Notes under the pieces: model-generated
What the model saw: only the letters and a program-made list of their open reading frames with translations
What the model was told of the DNA's origin: nothing
Databases searched by the model: none
Translations under genes and position numbers: made by a program
From: an uncultured Geobacter sp.
GTDB lineage: Bacteria; Myxococcota_A; UBA9160; JADFDR01
Reading direction: 5' to 3'
Assembly: GCA_964424225.1 (NCBI GenBank)
Contig: CAYRID010000004.1
Span: forward strand, 1 to 53,949
Length of the DNA: 53,949 bases
Shown here: piece by piece, positions 37,954-48,055 of the stretch
Position numbering within the stretch: the first letter of the stretch is position 1
Layout: every line of letters begins with the position of its first letter

Positions 37954-38751
37954 CTAGTTTTCTAAACCTGTCGTAACCTTGGAAGATAAACTTGAGAACT
38001 TACTTTCAGGATAATTCTTTTTTACCAAGTCAAAGGCACGGGCGGCTTCTGTTGGGCGCTTCATCTTGGTGTAGCAAAGGCCAAGCTTGTACAGCGCCTC
38101 GGCATCGAGTCCAAGCCCCGGATAGCCATCGAGTAGGGCCTGAAAGCGCTGCAGGGCCGAGGAGTATTCTGCGCGTGCAAAATAGTAATTGCCGATCATC
38201 AATTCGCGCTTGGCCAGGCGAAGCTGCAATTCTTTCCACTTCGGCTCACCTTGTTTGGCGTATTCGGATTGTGGATAGCGCCGCATCAGGGTTTCGAAGT
38301 GTTCGATTGCACTGCGACTCGCAGTTTGATCGCGTTCAAATTCTTTTGACTGGTTGTAGTAGCAAAGTGCCGATTGATAAATCGTGTAGGGCACTTCCGA
38401 GTGTTGCGGGTGGAGATCGGCAAAGTCGCGGTAGTACGACACGGCCTGGTCGTATTTCTTGTCTGCAAAATAAGTATCGGCGATTTTGAGTTCGGCGAGC
38501 ACCGCTTGTTCACTGTATGGAAAATGATCAATTACGTTCTGGAAGCTTTCGATCGCTCCGTCGTAATCGGTGACATCGACGCCGAGAATGCGTTGTCGAT
38601 GGGAAAGTTTCGCAACGCCTTCGTTATAGAGCTGTTCGGCGGTCGCGTCTTCGGGCACGCTTTGTTTTTTCGTCGCGCACGCACTACCGACGAGAAGAAG
38701 CAACGCAGCAAAAATGGACGCGGTGAACTTGCGATACACGGTTTGTCTCAT
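37954..38751 (-). CDS. bamD: Outer membrane protein assembly factor BamD (lipoprotein)
   Basis: Lipobox GSAC, AEQLYNEG, HFPYS, FADLHPQH, RDQTAS..A, RYPQSEY, LAKRELMIGNYY. Confidence 0.88.
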   Translation of the reverse strand: MRQTVYRKFTASIFAALLLLVGSACATKKQSVPEDATAEQLYNEGVAKLSHRQRILGVDVTDYDGAIESFQNVIDHFPYSEQAVLAELKIADTYFADKKYDQAVSYYRDFADLHPQHSEVPYTIYQSALCYYNQSKEFERDQTASRSAIEHFETLMRRYPQSEYAKQGEPKWKELQLRLAKRELMIGNYYFARAEYSSALQRFQALLDGYPGLGLDAEALYKLGLCYTKMKRPTEAARAFDLVKKNYPESKFSSLSSKVTTGLEN

Positions 38752-39019
38752 TGGTCTTTGAATCCGAAGTTCGAATCGATGTTTTCAAGTGAGGTGCCGA
38801 ATGTTTGGCACGCTACCTGATCGACTGAAACGCTGTCAATTTGCTAAGGTGCGATCCGCAGTTTGATTTTTCCTCGGTGTTTTGGACTGGCTTGGCGCAT
38901 GACGTTTTCACCGCGTTGCGTCGGTGGACGATGCCGATGGAACTTCGAAAAATCCCTCTGAACGGAATAAATGCAGAATCGCCTCGGGCAAAGAGACTCG
39001 AGAAATTCAAAACAGGAGA

Positions 39020-39220
39020 ATGACGATGCTGAGTGATGCCGCAAAACGCCTTCGAGAAGATAAGCGCCTTCACCGACGGAATGGTTGGATTTCAAGCGAA
39101 GAACTTGCGGCACAGCTTGATGCTTTGCCGGATGTTTCGCACAAATGTGCCGTGGACGAAGAAGAGACGGAAGAAACGGCGGCAGCGGACGCTGGCGCAG
39201 AGAGCGTAAATCCGTCTTAA
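39020..39220 (+). CDS. Small acidic hypothetical protein (66 aa)
   Basis: SD AGGAG immediately upstream of ATG 39020; MTMLSDAAKRLREDKRLHRRNGWISSEELAAQLDALPDVS... fills the gap between bamD and the next gene. Confidence 0.65.
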   Translation: MTMLSDAAKRLREDKRLHRRNGWISSEELAAQLDALPDVSHKCAVDEEETEETAAADAGAESVNPS

Positions 39221-39346
39221 GCTTGCGGCCCATTTGCCTTGCGAACAAAGCGGTTGATCTCGGCGTGAATGAGGTCGGGTCGAGGGCGTGCGCAGAGGTA
39301 GAACGATTCCGTAGTAGTCGAGCGTCGGAAGGCTTCGGGACGAACC

Positions 39347-40027
39347 GTGCTCAAAGAGAAATTTGCACGACGGATTGAAGGTTTGTTTCGCACCTTCTTT
39401 CCGTTTTTGTTTTGGCACCCAATTCCTCCAAATTTTTTAACTCTTGCAGGAAGCCTCTTTGCTGCGGTTGCGGCCGTGACCTTCTTTCGAGGCGAGTTCT
39501 TTGCTGCGGGACTGCTCGTGTTGATTAGCGGATTTTTTGATCTCGCCGACGGTGCGGTAGCGCGCTACTTTGGGTTGGCGGCGCGCTTTGGGGCATTTCT
39601 TGACTCAACGCTCGATCGGCTCGCTGACCTTTTGCTCTTTCTTGGACTGACACTGCATTACGCAACGCGAGATCATCTCGCCTTGGCGCTGCTTGCGGCG
39701 TATGCGCTCGTGATGAGCCTGCTGACTTCCTATACGAAGGCACGGGCCGAGGCCTTTCTGGCCGAGTTCAAGGTGGGATTTTTCGAGCGCGGTGAACGAA
39801 TTGGCGTGCTGGCCCTGGGCGCTATCGCGCAGCCATTCATCACGATGTTCGACACGCTGACACTGGCGCTCGGTGTTCTCGCAGTTTGCGGTACTATCAC
39901 GGTCGCTCAGCGTGTGTGGGCGGCCAAGCTGGCGTTCGCCAATTTGGATCGCGATGCCTCTGACGAGCGTCGTGCAACACTGCAGCAAAAAGTCGAGCCC
40001 GACTCGGTCTTACACAAAAAAGAGTAG
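39347..40027 (+). CDS. CDP-alcohol phosphatidyltransferase, PIP-synthase-like
   Basis: PNFLT, signature DLADGAVAR...GAFLDSTLDRLAD, SYTKARAE, GFFERGER. Confidence 0.85.
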   Translation: MLKEKFARRIEGLFRTFFPFLFWHPIPPNFLTLAGSLFAAVAAVTFFRGEFFAAGLLVLISGFFDLADGAVARYFGLAARFGAFLDSTLDRLADLLLFLGLTLHYATRDHLALALLAAYALVMSLLTSYTKARAEAFLAEFKVGFFERGERIGVLALGAIAQPFITMFDTLTLALGVLAVCGTITVAQRVWAAKLAFANLDRDASDERRATLQQKVEPDSVLHKKE

Positions 40028-40060
40028 TGACCGAGTGCTCAAATTTCGAGGAGCCGTTTC

Positions 40061-40360
40061 GTGTCCGATTCCGTTGAACAATCCAAAATCCATCGCGACA
40101 AAGCCCCGTCCGAATTATTGAAAGTTGATTTTTCTACCTTCGTGCTTTCGCTCTCGACGTCGGCGCTTTATCACTTGGGTGAAGTTCCAGATCCGGTGAC
40201 GGGACAGATTGCAAAAAAAAATCTCGTGATCGCGCGGCAAACGGTTGACACTTTAGAGTTACTCCGAGAAAAAACCGTCGGTAATCTTGAGCCCGAAGAG
40301 GCCAATCTTTTGAATAGTTTGATTTATGAACTGCGGATGAAAGTGATTAAGGAGCGTTGA
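40061..40360 (+). CDS. DUF1844 family protein
   Basis: DFSTFVLSLSTSALYHLG..PDP.TG...NL..ARQTVDTLELLREKT.GNL..EE..LL..L.YELRM pattern. Confidence 0.8.
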   Translation: MSDSVEQSKIHRDKAPSELLKVDFSTFVLSLSTSALYHLGEVPDPVTGQIAKKNLVIARQTVDTLELLREKTVGNLEPEEANLLNSLIYELRMKVIKER

Positions 40361-41841
40361 TGCCGAGATTTTTGGCGCGAAGCGTGGCCGGCGTACTGAG
40401 TGTGTCGGTTTTATTTTTTGCGGCGAGTGGCTTTGCGGAAGAGAATTCGGACGCAAAAAAGAAAGAATCTTCTGCCAGCAAAGCAGAGCGTTTTTGGGAA
40501 GACGCGCCGAGTTTGTACGTCGTCGGTTCGGGAAACCCGCTTCGCGAGTCGTTGCCCGGCGACATCTACGTCACGGTGGGTGAGCGAGCGTTGCCCAGTG
40601 TTGTGAGTGTTCTGCCTCAAGCGGATACCGAAGGCTTGGTCGATGATTCTCTCGAAGAGTTTGATCCCAATCGCGAAGAAATGGGTGGAGGCTCGGGTTT
40701 TCTCGTCAGTGCGCGCGGGATGGTTTTGACCTCGGAGCATGTGGTGGCGGATTTTTCGGAAGTCCGCGTAAAACTTTCCGACGGACGCATTTTTGCGGCA
40801 CGCGTACTGGGTAGTGATAAAGGACTCGATATTGCTTTGTTGCAATTGCAAGGGCTTTCGAAAGGCAAAACGCTGCCTTTTCTTAAACTCGGTCACTCGT
40901 CCGAGCTGCGGATCGGCGAGCATGTGGCCGCGCTGGGTAGTCCCTTTGGCTTGGACGGCTCTCTTTCCGTCGGTGTCGTGAGCGGGATGCAACGCGATCT
41001 GCGTTATGGAGACTTCGACGATTTCTTGCAAACCGATGCGCTGATCAATCCGGGCAGCAGCGGCGGTCCACTCGTCGACATGCGCGGAAACGTCGTCGGT
41101 GTGAATACGGCGATCGTGGCGTCGGGGAACAAAATTGGGTTTGCCGTTCCCATTGATCTCGTGCGTGCGTTTTTGCCGGATCTCAGCACGAAGGGTTACA
41201 TCACGCGCGGTTGGGCGGGAATTCAAGTGCAAAACCTGACACACGATCTTGTCAAGAGCTTGCGCATGGAGCGCGAAAGCGGCGTGCTGATTACGGGGAC
41301 CGTGCCGGGTAGCCCGGCGGAGAAGGCGGGTTTCCAAGCCGAGGATGTATTGATCTCGTTTGCTGGGCGTGAAATTACGTCGGCGCGTGTTTTGCACCGC
41401 GCGCTTGCGCAGTCGGTTCCGGGCAGCGAAGTGTCGGCCAAGGTTTGGCGCAATAACACAGAAGTGTCGCTCAAGCTCACGCTGGCTGAGCGCGTCCGCC
41501 CCGACGAGCGCATGCCGCAGGATAAAATGCCAAAGGACGTTTTGGGATTGCAGGTTGTGCCGAGTAGCCCCGATTTGCGCCGGGAATTTTCGCTTTCAAG
41601 TGAAGCGGGACTCGTGGTGGTGGCTGTGCACAAAGGCAGTCCTGCCGATCAAGCAGGGCTTCGCGTCGGCGATTTGCTTTTGTATGCCGAGCGGGAGCCG
41701 GGTCAGCGTGTGACGTTGCAAACTGCCAAGGATTACGCGCAAATTCTCGAAGTCTTCGAGAAGAATCGCAGTGTTTTGTTTTTGACGCGTCGTGGGCCGC
41801 AGACGCGCTTTGTCGTCATCAAAGATGAAGCGCGTGAGTAG
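40360..41841 (+). CDS. HtrA/DegP-family periplasmic serine protease with two PDZ domains
   Basis: Signal peptide, GSGFLV, SEHVV (His), DIALL (Asp), QTDALINPGSSGGPL (Ser), two PDZ-like repeats (GSPAEKAG, GSPADQAG). Confidence 0.9.
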   Translation: MPRFLARSVAGVLSVSVLFFAASGFAEENSDAKKKESSASKAERFWEDAPSLYVVGSGNPLRESLPGDIYVTVGERALPSVVSVLPQADTEGLVDDSLEEFDPNREEMGGGSGFLVSARGMVLTSEHVVADFSEVRVKLSDGRIFAARVLGSDKGLDIALLQLQGLSKGKTLPFLKLGHSSELRIGEHVAALGSPFGLDGSLSVGVVSGMQRDLRYGDFDDFLQTDALINPGSSGGPLVDMRGNVVGVNTAIVASGNKIGFAVPIDLVRAFLPDLSTKGYITRGWAGIQVQNLTHDLVKSLRMERESGVLITGTVPGSPAEKAGFQAEDVLISFAGREITSARVLHRALAQSVPGSEVSAKVWRNNTEVSLKLTLAERVRPDERMPQDKMPKDVLGLQVVPSSPDLRREFSLSSEAGLVVVAVHKGSPADQAGLRVGDLLLYAEREPGQRVTLQTAKDYAQILEVFEKNRSVLFLTRRGPQTRFVVIKDEARE

Positions 41842-42847
41842 TGTGGGCCGGCGCAGTTTGCGCTTGCAGGCACCGGCGAAGATCAATCTCGGACTCAAAA
41901 TTCTGGGACGCCGGGCAGATGGCTATCACGAAATCGAGAGTGTTTTCCTTCCGCTTTCGCTTGCAGACGAAATCGAACTCACGGTGGGAGATTCAACTCA
42001 GTATTGTGTTGATCTTGAAGTGGTGCACGTGCAATCGACGCAGTTTGGTGTCGATGAAGCTGTGCCCAGCGATGCGCGCAATCTCGCTTTTCGCGCTGCA
42101 CAAGCCTTTCTCGAAGCCGCCGATGTATCGGCCCGCGTTGGGCTGCGGCTGACGAAGAAGATTCCCGCGGCGGCGGGTCTTGGCGGAGGTTCGAGCGATG
42201 CAGCGGCGGTGCTGCGCGGTTTGGCGCGAATTTTTCCGCAGGCCGTTTCGCGTGAAAAACTGACCGAGATTGCGCTTACACTGGGCGCAGACTTGCCGTT
42301 CTTTCTGGATCCGCGGCCTGCACTCGTTACCGGAATTGGTGAGAAAATTTCGCCGCTGGATTCGATTCCCGAAATTGCATTGCTTTTGGCCAATCCTGGA
42401 CTTCCGCTTGCGACGGCGGATGTGTATCGCGCTTACGACGCCAACTCGTTGACGATGTCCGAGGCAGGTTCTACGATGCGGGCGCTTTGGGGGCTTTGCG
42501 AAAGCGCGTGGTTTTCTGCGTCGGATACGCCGCAAGGACAAGCGCAAAACTCGAAAGCAGAGCTGCTCGTCGAGACACTTTTGCGAAATGATCTCGAACC
42601 GGTAGCGACGGCGCTTTGTCCTGCTGTGAGCGATTTGCGAAAAAAAATCGAGGCCGTCGGGGCCAAAGCGGTGGGTTTGAGTGGCAGCGGTCCGACGGTG
42701 TACGGAATTTTTGAAGATGTGCGAGCGGCGCGAATTGCGCAGGCAAGGCTTCAAGAGGGCGCAAGCTGCACGACGTCTTTGCCGCAGAACTCGCTTTGGC
42801 TCGACGTGGCGATGACTTGTTCGCAGGGAGCGCTTGAGAGCAAATAG
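41834..42847 (+). CDS. ispE: 4-diphosphocytidyl-2-C-methyl-D-erythritol kinase
   Basis: APAKINLGL, DGYHEIES, KKIPAAAGLGGGSSDAA, LGADLPF, NDLE, LSGSGPT. Confidence 0.95.
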   Translation: MSSVGRRSLRLQAPAKINLGLKILGRRADGYHEIESVFLPLSLADEIELTVGDSTQYCVDLEVVHVQSTQFGVDEAVPSDARNLAFRAAQAFLEAADVSARVGLRLTKKIPAAAGLGGGSSDAAAVLRGLARIFPQAVSREKLTEIALTLGADLPFFLDPRPALVTGIGEKISPLDSIPEIALLLANPGLPLATADVYRAYDANSLTMSEAGSTMRALWGLCESAWFSASDTPQGQAQNSKAELLVETLLRNDLEPVATALCPAVSDLRKKIEAVGAKAVGLSGSGPTVYGIFEDVRAARIAQARLQEGASCTTSLPQNSLWLDVAMTCSQGALESK

Positions 42848-42903
42848 AGCGTAGAAACAGAATTCGTCGCACGAATGAGTTTTTGAAACTTTTTGGAGAT
42901 TGC

Positions 42904-42974
42904 TGGGGAGTCGTCTAACGGCAGGACACCGGACTTTGAATCCGAGAATGGAGGTTCGATTCCTCCCTCCCCAA
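42904..42974 (+). tRNA. tRNA-Gln (anticodon UUG)
   Basis: Acceptor TGGGGAG/CTCCCCA, D-arm GTCT-AACGGCA-GGAC, anticodon loop CT-TTG-AA, T-arm GGAGG-TTCGATT-CCTCC. CCA not encoded. Classic ispE-tRNA-Gln-prs position. Confidence 0.95.
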
Positions 42975-43030
42975 GCGCTCACTTTGGTCATTTCGAGCGC
43001 GATCCTCGAACTTCACTTGTGAGAAAGCGC

Positions 43031-43969
43031 ATGAAAGACATGAAAATTTTTGCTGGCAATTCGAATCTGCCACTCGCGAATGCAATTTGCTCTTATCTCA
43101 AAATGGATTTGGGCAAAGCATTGGTCGGCCAATTTTCCGACGGAGAAGTGAGCGTCGAGATTGAAGAAAACGTGCGCGGCATGGATTGCTTCGTGATCCA
43201 ATCGACGAGTTCACCGTCGAACAATCACTTGATGGAATTGCTCGTGATCCAAGATGCCTTGCGTCGCTCGTCGGCGCGGCGCATTACGGCCGTGATTCCG
43301 TATTACGGTTATGCCCGTCAAGATCGCAAGGCGCGCCCGCGAATGCCGATCACCGCCAAGCTCGTGGCGGATTTGATCTCGACGGCGGGTGCGGATCGCG
43401 TGCTCTGTGTCGATTTGCATGCCGGGCAGATCCAAGGTTTTTTCAATATTCCCGTCGATAACTTGTATGCGATGCCGGTTTTGTTGCAGGCCATTCGCGC
43501 GCGTGTGCCGGGCGAAGTGACGATTATTTCGCCGGATGCCGGCGGCGTGGAGCGTGCGCGAAGCTATGCCAAACGCCTCGGTGCCAAGCTCGCGATCATC
43601 GATAAGCGCCGCGAGCGCGCCAATGTTTCGGAGGTGATGCACATCATCGGCGATGTGCGGGGGGCGACCTGCGTGATCGTCGATGACATGGTGGATACGG
43701 CAGGGACCCTGACAGAAGCCGCAAATGCGCTAATAAATGCCGGCGCAAAAGTCGTGCATGCGGCGCTGACGCACCCGGTACTTTCGGGGCCAGCCATCCA
43801 ACGCATCGAAGAATCGCCTCTGCGCGAAGTGATCGTCACCGATACGGTCCCGCTGCGTGCCGAGGCAAGAGCGTGTTCAAAATTACATGTCGTATCGACA
43901 GCCGAATTACTCGGCGAGGCGATTCGGCGCATCAACAATGAAGAGAGCGTGAGTTCTCTCTTCGTATAG
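43031..43969 (+). CDS. prs: Ribose-phosphate pyrophosphokinase
   Basis: [50 protein letters not shown]. Start at ATG 43031; the tracked upstream extension runs through the tRNA. Confidence 0.97.
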   Translation: MKDMKIFAGNSNLPLANAICSYLKMDLGKALVGQFSDGEVSVEIEENVRGMDCFVIQSTSSPSNNHLMELLVIQDALRRSSARRITAVIPYYGYARQDRKARPRMPITAKLVADLISTAGADRVLCVDLHAGQIQGFFNIPVDNLYAMPVLLQAIRARVPGEVTIISPDAGGVERARSYAKRLGAKLAIIDKRRERANVSEVMHIIGDVRGATCVIVDDMVDTAGTLTEAANALINAGAKVVHAALTHPVLSGPAIQRIEESPLREVIVTDTVPLRAEARACSKLHVVSTAELLGEAIRRINNEESVSSLFV

Positions 43970-43983
43970 TTAGGAGAAGAGTC

Positions 43984-44640
43984 GTGAGCACCCGGACTCT
44001 GACAGTGGAATATCGAGAGAACAGTGGCAAAGGCGTTGCGCGCAAACTTCGCGCGAAAGGCCAAATCCCGGCCGTTTTGTACGGAAGCGGCAAAGACAGC
44101 ATTGGTCTGGCTGTAAACCCAAAAGTGTTGCTGGAGTTGCTCACGACGAGCGAGCAAGGCATCAACACGGTCATTGATCTCAAGATCGAAGGCAGCAAAG
44201 AGAAGAGCGCGCATGTGATGACAAGGTCATTGCAACGCGAGCCGGTGACGGGTGATGTGATTCATGCCGACTTCTATCGCATCGATGACAAAGCGACGGT
44301 GGTGGTGAATGTGCGCGTAGAACTGCTGGGGATTCCGGTGGGCGTCACGCTCGATTCCGGCGTGCTCGACCATATGCGCCGCGAAATCGAAGTGAGCTGT
44401 TTGCCGGCGCAGGTTCCGTCGCATCTTACTCTCGATGTGTCACAACTTGGTGTTGGACAGTCGCTGCACGTAAGTGACATTGTATTTCCGCCAGGTGTTA
44501 CGCCCGTGACGACTGCGGATGTCACGGTGGCGACGGTGGCAAGCACGCGTTCTGCGATTGAAGATCAGCCTGCCGCGGCAGCCGCTGCGGCGCCGGCAGA
44601 CGCCAAGACGGAAACCAAGACCGAAGCCAAAGCGAAATAG
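43984..44640 (+). CDS. rplY: 50S ribosomal protein L25/CTC (long form)
   Basis: GKGVARKLR..G.IPAVLYG, HADF, GIPVGV..GVL, LGVGQSLHVSD. Confidence 0.95.
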   Translation: MSTRTLTVEYRENSGKGVARKLRAKGQIPAVLYGSGKDSIGLAVNPKVLLELLTTSEQGINTVIDLKIEGSKEKSAHVMTRSLQREPVTGDVIHADFYRIDDKATVVVNVRVELLGIPVGVTLDSGVLDHMRREIEVSCLPAQVPSHLTLDVSQLGVGQSLHVSDIVFPPGVTPVTTADVTVATVASTRSAIEDQPAAAAAAAPADAKTETKTEAKAK

Positions 44641-44723
44641 CGGCAAAGGCGATGCGCAGCTTTGCGCTCGCCTTTGCATGCCGCCTGAACACTTCATCAC
44701 TTTGGGCATGAGGTCGCGCTGCG

Positions 44724-45317
44724 GTGAAGCTCGTCGTTGGACTCGGAAATCCAGGTTCTCAGTATGCTGCGACACGGCACAACATTGGCTTTCGCATCGT
44801 CGAGAGTTTGAGTGCGCGCAGCGGCATTCGCTTGCAATATCAAAAGTTCGATTCGCTCTTTGGCCGCGGTTCTTTCGTCGGTGAAGACGTTGGCCTTTTG
44901 TGTCCGCAGACGTACATGAATCTTTCCGGCAAAGCGGTTGCCGCCGCATTGCGTTTTTTGCCCGTGGCCGATCCCGCGCAAGATTTGATCGTCGTCTCCG
45001 ACGATGTCGATCTTGAGTTTGGGCAATTGCGAATCAAAGAGTCCGGCGGTGCAGGCGGGCAGAAGGGCCTTGCTGACATCATTGCGCGCATAGGGCGCAA
45101 AGATTTTCCCCGATTGCGTTTTGGTATCGGACGCTCGGCGCAGATGAGTACGGCCGATTATGTTTTGCAGAAATTTTCTCGCGCCGAAGAAGTGCAACTC
45201 GCTCATCACATCGAAGACGCCGTCGCCGCGCTCGAACTTATTCTTCGCGGCGAAATTTCTGCTGCCATGACGCGCTACAACGCGGCGGAGCGAACGCAAA
45301 AGCCCAAAACGAATTGA
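44724..45317 (+). CDS. pth: Peptidyl-tRNA hydrolase
   Basis: VVGLGNPG..Y..TRHNIGF, PQTYMNLSG, DDVDL, GGAGGQKG (His of the usual GGHNG replaced by Gln), RLRFGIGR. Confidence 0.92.
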   Translation: MKLVVGLGNPGSQYAATRHNIGFRIVESLSARSGIRLQYQKFDSLFGRGSFVGEDVGLLCPQTYMNLSGKAVAAALRFLPVADPAQDLIVVSDDVDLEFGQLRIKESGGAGGQKGLADIIARIGRKDFPRLRFGIGRSAQMSTADYVLQKFSRAEEVQLAHHIEDAVAALELILRGEISAAMTRYNAAERTQKPKTN

Positions 45318-45526
45318 ATTCCCCAGGCGCTTTCCTTTGCAGACGGAGCGCGCGTGTTAAATTGCCTGCCGGATTGATGGGATTGGCGAGGTGGCGGGAC
45401 GAGTGGGATCGCGCCGCCGTGCGCTACGCAACAGCAAAAACGAACAACACTTTTCGGTTTCTAACGACACTTTTGTGCGTTGGATGAAAATTTCAGGAAG
45501 ATCGAAAAGTCAGGGAGAGGGAAAAG

Positions 45527-46927
45527 ATGCATTCGGAAGATTCCCGTGACACGGTAAATGAACAGAAACTCGCGGATCGCTTGACCGAGCCCTTTGTCCG
45601 ATTTTCGCAGATTGAAATTGCAAGTACGTTGCTTTTGCTGGCTGCGTCGCTCGTGGCCTTGGTGTGGGCGAATCTTCCCGGTGAGCTTGGCGCATCGTAT
45701 CACCACTTTTGGACGACGGTACTTACCGTCGGTGTAAGCCACGGTGCTCCCGGAGCACTTGAAGGAATGTTGCCTGTGGTTTCGCTTCCGCTGGAAGCGT
45801 GGGTCAACGATGCCTTCATGGCGGTTTTCTTTTTTGTCGTCGGCATGGAAATCAAACGCGAACTTGCGTATGGAGAGCTCGCCGATCTCAAGAAAGCCAT
45901 GCTGCCAATTTTCGGAGCCGCAGGCGGAATGCTTTGTCCCGCGCTGATTTATTTGTGTTACCACGCTGGAGGCACCGCCGAGCATGGCTGGGGAATCCCC
46001 ATGGCGACGGACATCGCGTTTGCGGTGGCGGCCTTGTCGGTGCTGGGCCCCCGTGTTCCGTCGGGACTCAAGGTGTTTTTGCTTGCGCTCGCCATTGCGG
46101 ACGATCTTGGTGCAGTGCTCGTGATCGCTCTGTTTTATAGCGGACAAATTTCTGTGTTGGCTTTGCTTGGCGCGGCTTTTGTTTTGTCGGTCATTTGGTT
46201 TTGTAACAAAGCAGGGTTTCGTTCGTATCTCTTGTACACACTCCTTGGTGTTTGTTGTTGGTATGCGATGTTGCGTTCGGGAATCCATGCCACCGTGGCA
46301 GGCGTGATCATTGGCTTTTTGACGCCGAGTCGATCCGAGTCTGCGCCCGAGCGCGTGATGGATCGCGTGCTGAGCGCGTTTGAGTCGTTGCGCGATACAC
46401 TGCAAGGTGACGGCGATGCGGACCATGGCGGACACCGACGCGTGGCGGCGTTGCGAAAAATTCAAGGTGCAAGTCGCACCGTGATTTCGCCCCTCGATTT
46501 TTTGACAAATCTTTTGCATCCCTGGGTGGCGTTTGTCGTGATGCCGATCTTTGCCTTGGCCAACGCCGGTGTGCAGGTTGACGCGAGCGTGCTCGGAAAC
46601 GCCGAGGCGATGAAAGTGGCCCTGGCCGTCGGCATGGGGTTGGTGATCGGAAAGCCGCTTGGCATCACTTTGTTTAGTTTCTTGGCCGTCAAGCTTGGCT
46701 TTGCCGCACTGCCGCGAAATGCGACTTGGTTGTCTTTGTTTGGCGTGAGCGTGTTTGGCGGAGTTGGTTTCACCGTTGCGCTTTTTGTGACGGCGCTTGC
46801 CTTCAAAGAGCCAGTTTTTGCATCGGGTTCGAAGATCGGAATTCTCTCGGGTTCGATTATCGCGACGGGCCTTGGACTCGCTGTGCTGGGTTTCGTTTTG
46901 TCACGCCAAAAGCAGCTTGAGCGATAG
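45527..46927 (+). CDS. nhaA: Na+/H+ antiporter NhaA
   Basis: WVNDAFMAVFFFVVGMEIKRE, GWGIPMATDIAF, LALAIADDLGAVLVIA, SGIHAT, PIFALANAG, GKPLG, GVGFTVALF. Confidence 0.95.
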   Translation: MHSEDSRDTVNEQKLADRLTEPFVRFSQIEIASTLLLLAASLVALVWANLPGELGASYHHFWTTVLTVGVSHGAPGALEGMLPVVSLPLEAWVNDAFMAVFFFVVGMEIKRELAYGELADLKKAMLPIFGAAGGMLCPALIYLCYHAGGTAEHGWGIPMATDIAFAVAALSVLGPRVPSGLKVFLLALAIADDLGAVLVIALFYSGQISVLALLGAAFVLSVIWFCNKAGFRSYLLYTLLGVCCWYAMLRSGIHATVAGVIIGFLTPSRSESAPERVMDRVLSAFESLRDTLQGDGDADHGGHRRVAALRKIQGASRTVISPLDFLTNLLHPWVAFVVMPIFALANAGVQVDASVLGNAEAMKVALAVGMGLVIGKPLGITLFSFLAVKLGFAALPRNATWLSLFGVSVFGGVGFTVALFVTALAFKEPVFASGSKIGILSGSIIATGLGLAVLGFVLSRQKQLER

Positions 46928-47119
46928 CTGAGTTATCGGGCGCATGCGATGAGTGCGCGAGGGCGAGGAGCGCACCGAGCTTGGAACCAAGCCGATCGAA
47001 GCTCCTGGAAAAATGGGTGCTGAATTGACCCGGTTTCCGGCGCTGCTACCGTCTTTTTCCGCAAAAGCCTTTGCAAAAATCCAGCGCAGCACAAAGCACA
47101 GAAAGCAGGAAAGCAAGTT

Positions 47120-48055
47120 ATGGCCAAATCGAAAAATTCTACGCAAACCGCGAAAGGCAGTGAAGCCGCACGTACGTCTGCACAAGCGTTCGAGATCAAA
47201 GTCGGACTCGCGGAGATGCTCAAGGGCGGTGTGATCATGGACGTGACGACGCCCGAACAAGCGAAGATTGCCGAGCAAGCCGGTGCCTCTGCCGTGATGG
47301 CGCTCGAGCGTGTTCCGTCGGATATTCGCCGCGATGGCGGTGTCGCACGAATGTGTTCGATCGAAGTGATCGTCGGCATACAAAATTCAGTGTCGATTCC
47401 GGTGATGGCCAAAGTACGGATCGGGCATTTTCTCGAAGCGCGTGTGCTCGAAAGCCTGGGCGTCGATTTCATCGACGAAAGCGAAGTGCTGACACCGGCG
47501 GACGAGTCGTATCACGTCGATAAGCACGATTTCAAAACGCCCTTCGTGTGTGGCGCTACGGATTTGGGTGAAGCACTGCGTCGCATTGGCGAAGGTGCAG
47601 CCATGATCCGCACGAAAGGCGAAGCGGGCAGCGGCAATATCGTCGAGGCCGTGCGGCATTTGCGCACGGTGACGGGCGAGATGCGAGCGCTCACGACGCT
47701 GCGCCCCGAAGAGCTCGCATCGCGCGCCAAGGAACTTCGCGCCCCGATCGATCTCGTGCGTTTCGTGGCGGAGCACGGCCATTTGCCCGTGCCCAATTTT
47801 GCCGCCGGTGGCATTGCGACACCGCCTGACGCAGCATTGTGTATGGCGCTGGGCGCCGAAGCGGTTTTCGTTGGCTCTGGGATTTTCAAGAGCGAAGATC
47901 CCGAGGCGCGTGCGCGCGCCGTCGTGCATGCGACCACGCATTGGCAAGATCCGGGCGAAGTGCTCAATGCTTGCCGAGGACTTGGTCGCGCGATGGAAGG
48001 CCTTGAAATGAAGATGCTCGCCGAGCACGAGCGTCTTGCAAAGCGCGGTTGGTAA
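47120..48055 (+). CDS. pdxS: Pyridoxal 5'-phosphate synthase lyase subunit
   Basis: [56 protein letters not shown]. Confidence 0.97.
   Translation: MAKSKNSTQTAKGSEAARTSAQAFEIKVGLAEMLKGGVIMDVTTPEQAKIAEQAGASAVMALERVPSDIRRDGGVARMCSIEVIVGIQNSVSIPVMAKVRIGHFLEARVLESLGVDFIDESEVLTPADESYHVDKHDFKTPFVCGATDLGEALRRIGEGAAMIRTKGEAGSGNIVEAVRHLRTVTGEMRALTTLRPEELASRAKELRAPIDLVRFVAEHGHLPVPNFAAGGIATPPDAALCMALGAEAVFVGSGIFKSEDPEARARAVVHATTHWQDPGEVLNACRGLGRAMEGLEMKMLAEHERLAKRGW

Noticed and set aside
38756-38767. 12-nt match (ctttgaatccga) to the tRNA-Gln anticodon arm as an att-site remnant
   Set aside because: A match this short is expected by chance in 54 kb; no integrase or foreign DNA lies between the copies.
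42893-43030. N-terminal extension of Prs
   Set aside because: It is a read-through of the tRNA-Gln sequence; Prs homology starts at 43031.
44724-45317. Pth as a pseudogene because GGHNG reads GGQKG
   Set aside because: The frame is intact, the catalytic TRHN motif is present and the locus is canonical.
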